In this document: positions 28,009 to 36,202 of the stretch, piece by piece
How positions within the stretch are numbered: the stretch's first letter is position 1
Layout of the letters: the number at the start of each line of letters is the position of its first letter
From: Crocinitomicaceae bacterium
GTDB lineage: Bacteria; Bacteroidota; Bacteroidia; Flavobacteriales_D; Crocinitomicaceae
DNA length: 64,000 nucleotides
Direction of reading: 5' to 3'
Assembly: GCA_024643725.1 (NCBI GenBank)
Contig: JAHEMJ010000011.1
Coordinates: forward strand, 69,477-133,476
Program-made: the position numbers and the translations under genes
The notes under the pieces: model-generated
Database searches by the model: none
Seen by the model: only the letters and a program-made list of their open reading frames with translations
Told to the model about the DNA's origin: nothing

Positions 28009-29424
28009 TTATTCAGCCCAATCATCCGTTCTAAAAGGAAAAAGAGGTAATCCAGCGCTATTTTTAACGTTTCCTACTTGGTAATTTTTGAAACAGTAGC
28101 GTACCGAGTGAAAGCTCGTTCCCTTTTCAAGTGGAATGATAACGGTGCTTTTATTTTCCCCAATTCTCGCGCTAACCGAATGAAATTCATGAGCAGCATT
28201 GCCAAGTTCGAATCCGGCAATGACTCCTTCGTGTTGGAGTCCTTCGTAGCTGTTTTTGAAAAATAAAATGACCGCATCGCCATGTAATTCAAGGTGATCA
28301 AATTCTGGAGATAGTGCTTGAATGGAATCCAAACGATACGTTTTCAGCAAGGATAAATTCCCTAAACGTTCGCCAATCGGTTTTTTTACGGGTGGATGAA
28401 TGCAGGTCGCTTCTGTACCTGGAACTAAATCATTCGTGCAGATAATCCCTGCATTTTCCAAGGCATGCGTTGCGTTAAATGCCGCTTCCCTGATTTTTGC
28501 GGGCTCAGAAATACTTTCATACAAATAAGGCGCAATTTCAACAGCGTAAATGGGTAGATTTGGGTCATCAAATGTGTAACGCCACAAGTAGGCAAGATCT
28601 TGGAGTTTTTGCGCATAAGTTGCAGATCTTCCGACATTTCCTTCTCCTTGATACCAAATAAAACCTTTTACGCGAATATTGCGGTATGGTCGGACCATTC
28701 CTTGAAACATCACACTTGGACGCAATTGACTTAATGAATCTGGAATCGAGGTTGTGTAGGGATAGTCGGAATACTTTTGTACCGTGCTTTGATTCAGCCA
28801 TCCTTCAATCGTTGACCCACCATAACTACTATTGATGATGCCAATGGGCACATGCAAAGATTTTTGCAATTGTAGGGCGTAATAATATCCCACCACACTA
28901 AATGCAGCGAGATTCTTAGCGTTGCTCACAAGCCACTTTCCTTTGATGGGAATATTCGTCTGGTAGGATGCACTCTTTTCAACATTGAATGTGCGTATCC
29001 CACTCTCTTCTTTTGCATTGGCTATTTCTTCTTTTGCATTTTCAATGGGTTGATTTTTATAACCGCTAAATGTCATCGCCATGTTGGATTGTCCAGCGCA
29101 AAACCACACCTCGCCAACTAAAATATTTTTTAAGGTAATCGGTAATCCGTCACTCACACTAATGGTATGCTTATCGAAAGAACCTTTTGGGGTGAAAATG
29201 CTGATTTCGAAACTTCCATCGGGTTTACAGGTACTACTAAAGACGGTATTTGTCCAACTGGCACGGACCGTCACATTCTTTTTTATGGAACTCGTCCCCC
29301 AAATTTTAATGACACTATTCTGCTGCAATACCATGTTGTCACTTAGTACTTCTGGAAGTGCAATCGTTGCTTTCGAGAAAGAGGCGAAGCAGAGAATGGA
29401 TAGTAAGGTAAAAAGTGTTTTCAT
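28009..29424 (-). CDS. Sialate O-acetylesterase-like (SASA/SGNH) carbohydrate esterase
   Basis: Signal peptide; VWFCAGQSNMAMTF (GQSNM catalytic motif) and GFIWYQGEGN. Confidence 0.8.
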   Translation of the reverse strand: MKTLFTLLSILCFASFSKATIALPEVLSDNMVLQQNSVIKIWGTSSIKKNVTVRASWTNTVFSSTCKPDGSFEISIFTPKGSFDKHTISVSDGLPITLKNILVGEVWFCAGQSNMAMTFSGYKNQPIENAKEEIANAKEESGIRTFNVEKSASYQTNIPIKGKWLVSNAKNLAAFSVVGYYYALQLQKSLHVPIGIINSSYGGSTIEGWLNQSTVQKYSDYPYTTSIPDSLSQLRPSVMFQGMVRPYRNIRVKGFIWYQGEGNVGRSATYAQKLQDLAYLWRYTFDDPNLPIYAVEIAPYLYESISEPAKIREAAFNATHALENAGIICTNDLVPGTEATCIHPPVKKPIGERLGNLSLLKTYRLDSIQALSPEFDHLELHGDAVILFFKNSYEGLQHEGVIAGFELGNAAHEFHSVSARIGENKSTVIIPLEKGTSFHSVRYCFKNYQVGNVKNSAGLPLFPFRTDDWAE

Positions 29425-29553
29425 TTTTGGGTGCTTTTCCCTACGAAATTAGTTAAATGTGGATTCACGTCGATCAAAATTCAATCCAAAGATGCTTTCA
29501 TGTCTAGAATTGGACAAAAAAAATGGAAATCCGAGTAAATCATAAAACATTGT

Positions 29554-29561
29554 TTAAATTT
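29554..29561 (+). promoter_or_regulatory. Sigma-A -7 box (TAnnTTTG)
   Basis: TAAATTTG, 42 nt upstream of ATG 29604, in a 179-bp divergent intergenic region. Confidence 0.35.
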
Positions 29562-29603
29562 GAATTCCTAAGAAAAAGAGATACACTTTAATACCTATCA
29601 TGC

Positions 29604-30767
29604 ATGCGACGATTGTTTCAATTTGAAATTTCTGAAAACCGAATTTTCGGATTGGATGTCTTACGTTTCATTGCGATTTTCATGGTCTTGTTGGGACACA
29701 GTTTAATTCTTGTTCCGAAGGAATTTAAAAAATCGGTAAATCCATTTTTGTATGATGGTGTGGCGATTTTCTTCGTGTTAAGTGGATTTTTAATTGGAGG
29801 AATTCTCGTTAAGATTCTACAAAAGCAGGCCGCAACTTGGTCCGGTTTGTTGGACTTCTGGAAGCGACGTTGGATGAGAACCCTACCTGTTTATTTGGTG
29901 GTTTTGCTGTTTTTATTAGGCTATACCTTGATTTTTTATCCTGTTAATTTTCCGAAAGAGTGGTTTCGATTTTTCTTTTTTACTCAAAACATCTTTGGAC
30001 ATTATCGGCCAGGATTCTTTGCAGAAGCATGGAGTTTGAGTATTGAAGAGTGGTTTTATTTATCCGTTCCATTGATTTTATTTGTGTCGTTAATGGTATT
30101 CAAGACCTCAACGAAATGGACTATTCTATTTGTATCACTCGGACTATTGGCGGCGATTACCTACTACCGATATTATCTGTACCACTCCTATGGAATTTCT
30201 GAAAACCCAAATCCATATCAAATAAAATTATTTAAAAAGTTCTTGAGTTATGGAATCGATTACCAAGTAATTCCTCGTTTGGATTCGATTATGTTCGGTG
30301 TGTTGGCTGCTTTTATCGCCCATTATTATCCGAAAGTTTGGAATGCGAAGTGGAATATTCTTCTTGTGTTTGTTGGATTATACCTCCTATACTATTCGAA
30401 ATTTCACATGGGAAAAAGTTATGGTCCCTTCTCGAACATTTGGTGTCCAACCTTGAAATCTTTAGCGGTATTTTTCATGTTGCCGTTTATGTCCAACCTA
30501 CGCAAAGGACTAGGTAAATGGACCATTTGGATTTCCTTCTTCAGTCTCATTTCTTATTCCATGTATTTGGTGAATTTAAATGTGGTAACCATTGCCATTA
30601 TTAAGCATACCATACATGGCAATTACGGCATAGGTAAATTTGTTCCGGGTGAGGGATGGGTATTCGATTACCTATTATTTTGGATATTCACGATTTCTAT
30701 TTCCTTTGTTTTATATCAATTGATTGAAGTTCCGTTTATGAAAATGCGGGACAAAAAAAGAAGTTGA
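29604..30767 (+). CDS. Acyltransferase family 3 membrane O-acyltransferase
   Basis: FGLDVLRFIAIFMVLLGHS, FFVLSGFLI and AWSLSIEEWFY, with about 10 TM helices: the acyltransferase_3 pattern. Confidence 0.8.
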   Translation: MRRLFQFEISENRIFGLDVLRFIAIFMVLLGHSLILVPKEFKKSVNPFLYDGVAIFFVLSGFLIGGILVKILQKQAATWSGLLDFWKRRWMRTLPVYLVVLLFLLGYTLIFYPVNFPKEWFRFFFFTQNIFGHYRPGFFAEAWSLSIEEWFYLSVPLILFVSLMVFKTSTKWTILFVSLGLLAAITYYRYYLYHSYGISENPNPYQIKLFKKFLSYGIDYQVIPRLDSIMFGVLAAFIAHYYPKVWNAKWNILLVFVGLYLLYYSKFHMGKSYGPFSNIWCPTLKSLAVFFMLPFMSNLRKGLGKWTIWISFFSLISYSMYLVNLNVVTIAIIKHTIHGNYGIGKFVPGEGWVFDYLLFWIFTISISFVLYQLIEVPFMKMRDKKRS

Positions 30768-30775
30768 TTTCCCTC

Positions 30776-31873
30776 ATGAAAGCACTTAAAATCACATTGC
30801 TTTGCTCCCTTGTTTCGTTGTCGGCATTTGTGGTATACCATTTTCAATCCGAAGAACAGCAGCAATATTTTCAAGGAGATGATTCGCTGATTCGCTACGT
30901 TGGACGATTTGATTTTTCCGAGCGTCATGCACCAAAAGTGTGGGCACCTGGTGCTTATTTGGAATGTCACATCTATGGAAAAAAAGCAGTACTCATCGTA
31001 GAGGATGAGCAGAAATTTGGAAACTTACATAATTACATCGAAGTGATTGTCGACGGTCATCTGAAACGGATCCGTCTAAAAGGAAAGATGAACCGAATTG
31101 TTTTGTTTCATCAAAAACAGGCAACTCAGCACAACGTAATCGTTTGCAAGAATACTGAAAGTGCGATTGGGTATATTCAAATTCATGGAATAGAATGCGG
31201 ACGGTTGTTAAAGGTCAAAAAACGCAAGCATTTATTTGAATTCATCGGAGATTCAATTACCTGTGGAAATGGTGCTGATTCTACGCAACTTTCTTTTGGG
31301 AAAGGAAGTTGGTACGATTACCACAATGCATATTTGAGTTTTGGAGCCCGACTGGCCCGGGCATTTCATGCGGACTGGATGTTGAGTGCTGTTTCTGGAA
31401 TAGGAATGAATCACAGTTGTTGCGGTTTAAAACATAGCATGCCCGAAGTTTACGAATCAATCGATTTTCATGTGAACAGTGATAAATGGAAATTTCGTGA
31501 GCAACCAGCGTGTGTTTTTATCACCTTGGGACAAAACGATGGGACTAAGTTTATGTCGAATTATGAGCATGCATATGTCGCCTTTTTGACAAACCTGCGA
31601 AAAAAGTACCCACATGCGTGGTTCATTTGTTGCACGAGTCCAATGGCAGATCAATCGTTTCGCAATAGCATGAAGGCGAGTATCCAAAGGATCATTGCAC
31701 GGCGCAAAGCAAGTGGTGAGAAACGCATTATCCCCTTTATCTATCAAGGAACATATACAGCAGGCTATGACAAACATCCAACGATCGCGCAGCATGACAT
31801 GATGATGCAGGAATTGAGACGGTTTTTAATGGAACAAAATAGCGTAACTCATTTGAATGAAATCGTTTTTTAA
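30776..31873 (+). CDS. SGNH/GDSL hydrolase, CE2-like carbohydrate esterase
   Basis: N-terminal beta-sandwich-like part, then FEFIGDSITCGNG (block I Ser), ITLGQNDG (block III) and YDKHPTIAQH (block V D..H). Start set to ATG 30776 (the track used TTG 30764, which overlaps the upstream stop). Confidence 0.75.
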   Translation: MKALKITLLCSLVSLSAFVVYHFQSEEQQQYFQGDDSLIRYVGRFDFSERHAPKVWAPGAYLECHIYGKKAVLIVEDEQKFGNLHNYIEVIVDGHLKRIRLKGKMNRIVLFHQKQATQHNVIVCKNTESAIGYIQIHGIECGRLLKVKKRKHLFEFIGDSITCGNGADSTQLSFGKGSWYDYHNAYLSFGARLARAFHADWMLSAVSGIGMNHSCCGLKHSMPEVYESIDFHVNSDKWKFREQPACVFITLGQNDGTKFMSNYEHAYVAFLTNLRKKYPHAWFICCTSPMADQSFRNSMKASIQRIIARRKASGEKRIIPFIYQGTYTAGYDKHPTIAQHDMMMQELRRFLMEQNSVTHLNEIVF

Positions 31874-31882
31874 AAAAATCAA

Positions 31883-33160
31883 ATGAGAAAACTTACAATT
31901 TTAATCATACTTCCCCTTCTTTTCCTTCTTCATAGTCAGCCAGTTCTTGCATGTAGCCTATACAAAATAACATTACATGGTAAAACATTTGTTGGATGTA
32001 ATGAAGATGCTTGGAGAATAACTCCTCGCATTTGGTTTGAAGCAAAGAATGCAAAGCGAAAATATGGAGCAGCTTTTACGGGGTCACGTTTTGATGGCGC
32101 CAATGGTTTTGCACCTCAATCGGGCATGAATGAAGTTGGATTATCGTTTTCCCGCTTAGCTTCCCACACACCGATTGGAACAGGAAAAAAGGGATTAATG
32201 CCAATCAATAACCCTACGGATCTGCTAAAAAGCATCCTGCATTCTTGTCGAACTGTGCGGGAAGTACAAGAGCTCATTAGTCAATACGATCGTTCAATTT
32301 TTATGGAAGATGTATTCATTTACATCGAGAAGTCAGGTAAATACCTCATTGTAGAACCTTTTTCCACTCAAATTGGAAGTAAAAGCACCTATGTTTTATC
32401 TAATTTCTGTCCTTCCATTACATCACAGCAGGAGGCGCTTTCATTAAAAAGGTATCGCAAGGGAGTTGAATTACTCAAATTGAAACAGGATACGACTCTC
32501 ACATTCCTAAGGTCCTTGTCCGATTCGATGCATGTTTGTCGTCCAAAAATTGGCGATGGGACATTACTTAGTTCCATTTGGGATTTAAACGATGGAATGG
32601 TTCATCTGTATTTTTATCATGATTACTCTGAAGACAAGACATTTCGACTAAAGGATGAATTGAAAAAAGGAGATCACCACTTTTCAATGGAGCGATTATT
32701 TTCAAGAAACTCGGAATTTGAGCATTTAGGTATGTATAAAACAACGAAAAATTCCAAAGCGCTTCTGCTGTTTATGATGGGACTTTCGATTTCCTTGTTT
32801 TGTATTTCCTTGTACTTTTTGATTCGATTTTGCTTGTTAATACATCAAAAAAAGTATGTCCTTTTTCTTGTTTCTATTCTGAGCGTATTGGTTGGGGTTG
32901 AAGTACTCATTTTATGTACACATCAAGCGATATTTTATTTTGAGGCACCCTACGAGGATCGGTTTAGTCAGTTAGTAAGTATGGCGGCATATGTCCCTAA
33001 TTTACTTCTCATTTCCATTTTTCCTTTGTTGTATTTCGATTTTTTCCATGAAAAAAACAAGTCATGGATTCGCTTTGACCGTGTAATTTTTCGCATCAAT
33101 AATATCGTTTACTTGGTGTTAATCGGGTTTTTCTTTTACTGGAAATTGTTTTTTTTCTAA
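31883..33160 (+). CDS. Ntn-hydrolase-like (choloylglycine hydrolase / C45-like) protein with C-terminal multi-TM anchor
   Basis: The signal peptide ends ...SQPVLA-CSLYKITLHGKTFVGCNEDAW (Cys directly after the predicted cleavage site, NED.W-type block). The last ~140 aa contain about four hydrophobic helices. Family assignment is tentative. Confidence 0.45.
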   Translation: MRKLTILIILPLLFLLHSQPVLACSLYKITLHGKTFVGCNEDAWRITPRIWFEAKNAKRKYGAAFTGSRFDGANGFAPQSGMNEVGLSFSRLASHTPIGTGKKGLMPINNPTDLLKSILHSCRTVREVQELISQYDRSIFMEDVFIYIEKSGKYLIVEPFSTQIGSKSTYVLSNFCPSITSQQEALSLKRYRKGVELLKLKQDTTLTFLRSLSDSMHVCRPKIGDGTLLSSIWDLNDGMVHLYFYHDYSEDKTFRLKDELKKGDHHFSMERLFSRNSEFEHLGMYKTTKNSKALLLFMMGLSISLFCISLYFLIRFCLLIHQKKYVLFLVSILSVLVGVEVLILCTHQAIFYFEAPYEDRFSQLVSMAAYVPNLLLISIFPLLYFDFFHEKNKSWIRFDRVIFRINNIVYLVLIGFFFYWKLFFF

Positions 33161-33180
33161 GTAATCGAATGATCATTAAG

Positions 33181-34263
33181 TTAATCTTTGATGACTTTGA
33201 ATATATTGAAAGGATTATTGTTGAATTGAATAAAATATATTCCTTTAGGAATTTGATTTAAGTCAACTTCATATGTATTTTCTTTATTTAAAATAATTCT
33301 ATTGGAAAAATCATAAAGCATAATGTCACACTTTTCTGAAAATTGAATTTTATCTATTGTCGGATTTGGGTAAAATGTTATGCGGGTAATCATATTCTCT
33401 AAAACTCCTGAAATACAATCGTTACTAAAGTATGACGAGAAGTCCAAGGAACTCCAATTTTGATTGCTCCAAGAAACGTCATCAACTTGAATACAATTTA
33501 AATTGGGATTTTCGTATGCAATCAATGTTCCATAATTTAAATTGTTTCCGTTTTTTAAATTGAGCGTTAATAGATCATTTGTAGAACAATCTAAAAATGA
33601 CAATCCGGTTAAGTTGGAAACATTTAATCCAATTAGTTGATTATTAGAACAGTTCATTGTATCTAACTGTTGATTGGATGTTACATTCAAATTGATTAAA
33701 TTATTCGAATAACAATATAAATGGGTGAGTGATGGTAAATTTGTTAAATTCAAATTGGTCAAATGATTTTCACCACAAAAGAGAGACAACAAGTTAATTG
33801 AATTAGGTAAATCTAAATTCGAAAGATCATTAACAGTGCAGTTAAAGGACGTTAAGTGGCTACAACCACTTAAATTCAACGTGTTTATCGAATTATATGA
33901 GCAATTTATAGAGTTCAACATATTTGAAGTTGACAACGATAGACTTGTCAATTGATTGAAATCACAATCTAAAGAAATAATGGAAGTAAAAGCTTCGATT
34001 CCAGTTAAATCACTAATGCCTAAAGCCGATAATATCAAACTCCCACTAAAGTTACTGGCTTCACTTAATTGAATTTCGCCATCCAAATTTGTATTGATAT
34101 TAGTATTGTTAATTAATGCAGATTTGAAATTTGAATCATTAAATGAGACAACTTGAGCTTTACTTTCCATCGTAAATGTGAAAGTCAAAAGTAAGAAGTA
34201 AAAAAAATAGTTAGTTTTCAAGGTTTTGATTTTAGGTTTTACTAAAAATAGTAAAAAACCCAC
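33181..34263 (-). CDS. Leucine-rich repeat protein with T9SS type A C-terminal sorting domain
   Basis: Run of ~22-aa LRRs (LTSLSLSTSNMLNSINCSYNSINTLNLSGCSHLTSFNCTVNDLSNLDL...). C-terminal ITFYPNPTIDKIQFSE...GIYFIQFNNNPFNIFKVIKD. Start uncertain (GTG 34263 or TTG 34221, which gives MKTNYFFYFLLLTFTFT...). Confidence 0.75.
   Translation of the reverse strand: MGFLLFLVKPKIKTLKTNYFFYFLLLTFTFTMESKAQVVSFNDSNFKSALINNTNINTNLDGEIQLSEASNFSGSLILSALGISDLTGIEAFTSIISLDCDFNQLTSLSLSTSNMLNSINCSYNSINTLNLSGCSHLTSFNCTVNDLSNLDLPNSINLLSLFCGENHLTNLNLTNLPSLTHLYCYSNNLINLNVTSNQQLDTMNCSNNQLIGLNVSNLTGLSFLDCSTNDLLTLNLKNGNNLNYGTLIAYENPNLNCIQVDDVSWSNQNWSSLDFSSYFSNDCISGVLENMITRITFYPNPTIDKIQFSEKCDIMLYDFSNRIILNKENTYEVDLNQIPKGIYFIQFNNNPFNIFKVIKD
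33486..34056 (-). repeat. Intragenic ~66-bp (22-aa) leucine-rich repeat array
   Basis: Repeated L..L.C..N.L..LNL pattern across about 8-9 units, in a visibly AT-rich stretch. Confidence 0.6.
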
Positions 34264-34293
34264 ATTAATACAAATTAATCCGAATAGAAAAAG

Positions 34294-34365
34294 TAGCCCC
34301 GCCAGGAATCGAACCTGGATCGAGCGTTTAGGAAACGCTAATTTTATCCATTAAACTACGGGGCT
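34294..34365 (-). tRNA. tRNA-Arg (anticodon CCT)
   Basis: Reverse complement AGCCCCGTAGTTTAATGGATAAAATTAGCGTTTCCTAAACGCTCGATCCAGGTTCGATTCCTGGCGGGGCTA folds as a cloverleaf: 7-bp acceptor, anticodon stem AGCGT/ACGCT with loop TTCCTAA, T-arm CCAGG-TTCGATT-CCTGG. 72 nt, CCA not encoded. Confidence 0.9.
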
Positions 34366-34371
34366 ATGTAT

Positions 34372-34379
34372 CAAAGTTA
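34372..34379 (-). promoter_or_regulatory. Sigma-A -7 box (TAnnTTTG) for the tRNA
   Basis: Minus strand TAACTTTG, ends 6 nt upstream of the tRNA 5' end at 34365. Confidence 0.5.
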
Positions 34380-34423
34380 CGTTAAATCAATCAACTGTTC
34401 GCTTCGTTCCGACACCATGGCAT

Positions 34424-35524
34424 TTATTGAAGTTCTTTCCAAACTTCTTCAGCGGCTAGGTCCCAGCTAAATTGCCTAGAACGTTGGAGTGCATTTGCAG
34501 CTAATTGTTGGTGCAATGTTTTGTCTTCCGTTAATGCATGTAATTGCTCTGCAATACCCTGTACGGAAAAAGGATCACAATAGATGGCTGCATCTCCAGC
34601 AATTTCTGGTAGACAAGTTGTATTTGCACTCACGATGGGAATCCCACAGCGCATCGCTTCCACCAAAGGAATTCCGAATCCTTCAAAATAAGGTACGTAA
34701 CTCAACGCGAACGCACCCCCCATCACTTGACTCAACTGTGGAGTCGAAAGATGTCCGAGAAAGTGAACGCGATTTTTTGTTTCGGGTGCCAGTTGGAAAA
34801 TTTCTTGTTTCCACATGGCGTTGCCAACGATGACCAAATCAACATCGGCGTTGCGTTTGCAAAATTCACTAAAAGCTTTGACCAAGCGCTGTACATTCTT
34901 GCGTGGATGCAAAGATCCAACGAAAAGAAAATAAGGTTTCCCGTTCGAATAGTTGGCTCGAGTGGATTCGATTTCCGCAGTTGATTTTTGTTCAAAATCA
35001 TCGTGAATGCCGTTGTATATTACACTTATTTTTTCTGGTGGGATTCCATACGTCCGAACGATGTCTGCTTTGGAAAAATGAGAAACGGTTAAAATGCGTT
35101 TTGCTTTTTGGGCGAACTTTGGAAAGAAAAAACGGAAGTATCGAGAAACAATCCAAGGTAAGTCCTTTGGATAATGTTCGAAGTTCAAATCGTGAATCGT
35201 TGCAATTTGCGGAACGGATGAACGCAAGGAGCAAAATCCATCGGGACTCCAAAGCACATCAATGCGGTATTTTTTCAAGGCTCGTTTTAAACTCCATTCG
35301 AACCAAAGTATCCATAGAAGTGGATGACGTGTCGGTGGAAATAGCACCACTGTTTGAACGTTTGAAGGAAATTCAAATTTTGGATCGACTGCGCGATCAA
35401 AAAACAGAACAAAGGATTGTTCCGGATGATTTTTAGTGATGCGCCGAACCAATTCAAAGGAATAATTCCCGAATCCTTCCATTTTGGAACCTAGAATGTT
35501 ACGCGCATTTATACCAATAATCAC
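34424..35524 (-). CDS. Glycosyltransferase family 4 (GT-B fold)
   Basis: N-terminus MIIGINARNILGSKMEGFGNYS and C-terminal YFEGFGIPLVEAMRCGIPIV (EX7E). Start set to GTG 35524, 2 nt after the upstream stop; the track's TTG 35593 would overlap the MBL gene by 67 nt. Confidence 0.8.
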   Translation of the reverse strand: MIIGINARNILGSKMEGFGNYSFELVRRITKNHPEQSFVLFFDRAVDPKFEFPSNVQTVVLFPPTRHPLLWILWFEWSLKRALKKYRIDVLWSPDGFCSLRSSVPQIATIHDLNFEHYPKDLPWIVSRYFRFFFPKFAQKAKRILTVSHFSKADIVRTYGIPPEKISVIYNGIHDDFEQKSTAEIESTRANYSNGKPYFLFVGSLHPRKNVQRLVKAFSEFCKRNADVDLVIVGNAMWKQEIFQLAPETKNRVHFLGHLSTPQLSQVMGGAFALSYVPYFEGFGIPLVEAMRCGIPIVSANTTCLPEIAGDAAIYCDPFSVQGIAEQLHALTEDKTLHQQLAANALQRSRQFSWDLAAEEVWKELQ

Positions 35525-35526
35525 CG

Positions 35527-36174
35527 CTAGAATTGTAAGATGTAATTGAATTTTTTCTCTTGTCCAATGGTTGTTTCTGGACCATGCCCACAATAAACGA
35601 CGGTTTCTTCAGGATATTGGAAAAGGATGTTGAAAATCGATGCTTTCAGTGTGGCTAAATCTCCTCCGGGCAGATCCACTCGTCCAAAACTACCCTTGAA
35701 TAAAACGTCGCCATTGATGATGAATTGATCTTCTTCAAAATAAAAAATCACATGTCCAGGCGCATGTCCAGGTGTATGTCGAACCTTAATTCTAAACGAT
35801 CCGATATTCAATGCTTGATGATCGCTCAACCCTTGGCCAGGTAAATCTTCCATTTGATATCCCTCGAACCCATATACATGTGCATAGCTGGCAACGGACG
35901 TCCAGGTGCCATGATCAAGCGGATGTAAATAAGCTGGGACTCCAAATTTTCGTTGAACGAACGCGGCGCCTAATATGTGATCGATGTGTGCATGCGTATA
36001 AAGAACAGCCAAAACCCTTAAGTCATTTTCTTCTATGAAATCGGTGAGTTGATTTTCTTCCGCTTTGGAATAACATCCAGGATCAAAAATGAGTGCTTCG
36101 CCTTGATCGTTTGAAACAACATATGTATTCTCTTGAAAGGCATTGAATTGAAAAATGCTGACATGTACTCCCAT
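35527..36174 (-). CDS. MBL-fold metallo-hydrolase (glyoxalase II-like)
   Basis: LYTHAHIDHILG (HxHxDH), HTPGHAPGH, FKGSFGRVDLPGGD. Confidence 0.85.
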   Translation of the reverse strand: MGVHVSIFQFNAFQENTYVVSNDQGEALIFDPGCYSKAEENQLTDFIEENDLRVLAVLYTHAHIDHILGAAFVQRKFGVPAYLHPLDHGTWTSVASYAHVYGFEGYQMEDLPGQGLSDHQALNIGSFRIKVRHTPGHAPGHVIFYFEEDQFIINGDVLFKGSFGRVDLPGGDLATLKASIFNILFQYPEETVVYCGHGPETTIGQEKKFNYILQF

Positions 36175-36202
36175 AACACAAATTTAGCGCAAAGAACGGG
36201 TA

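Noticed and set aside
29081-29452. 123-aa plus-strand ORF antisense to the 5' end of the SASA esterase gene
   Set aside because: The esterase signal peptide and GQSNM motif are encoded on the opposite strand over the same bases. The antisense ORF has no independent support.
33161-33173. Putative att-like direct repeat of the tRNA-Arg 3' end (GTAATCGAATGAT versus GGAATCGAACCTG)
   Set aside because: Only 9 of 13 positions match and there is no integrase or excisionase. This is insufficient to call a mobile element; it is kept only as a weak note under the LRR islet finding.
33486-34056. Periodic repeats that might suggest a CRISPR-like or satellite array (also at 49301-49912 and within 36203-40069)
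   Set aside because: All periodic signals are in-frame protein repeats (LRR, 51-aa Cys modules, Ig/SBBP modules) with diverged units. There is no spacer/repeat structure and no cas genes are present.
34903-35436. 177-aa plus-strand ORF (and other 84-114 aa ORFs) inside the GT4 gene
   Set aside because: The minus-strand GT4 frame has clear family motifs (EX7E and the GINAR N-terminus). The overlapping frames have none.
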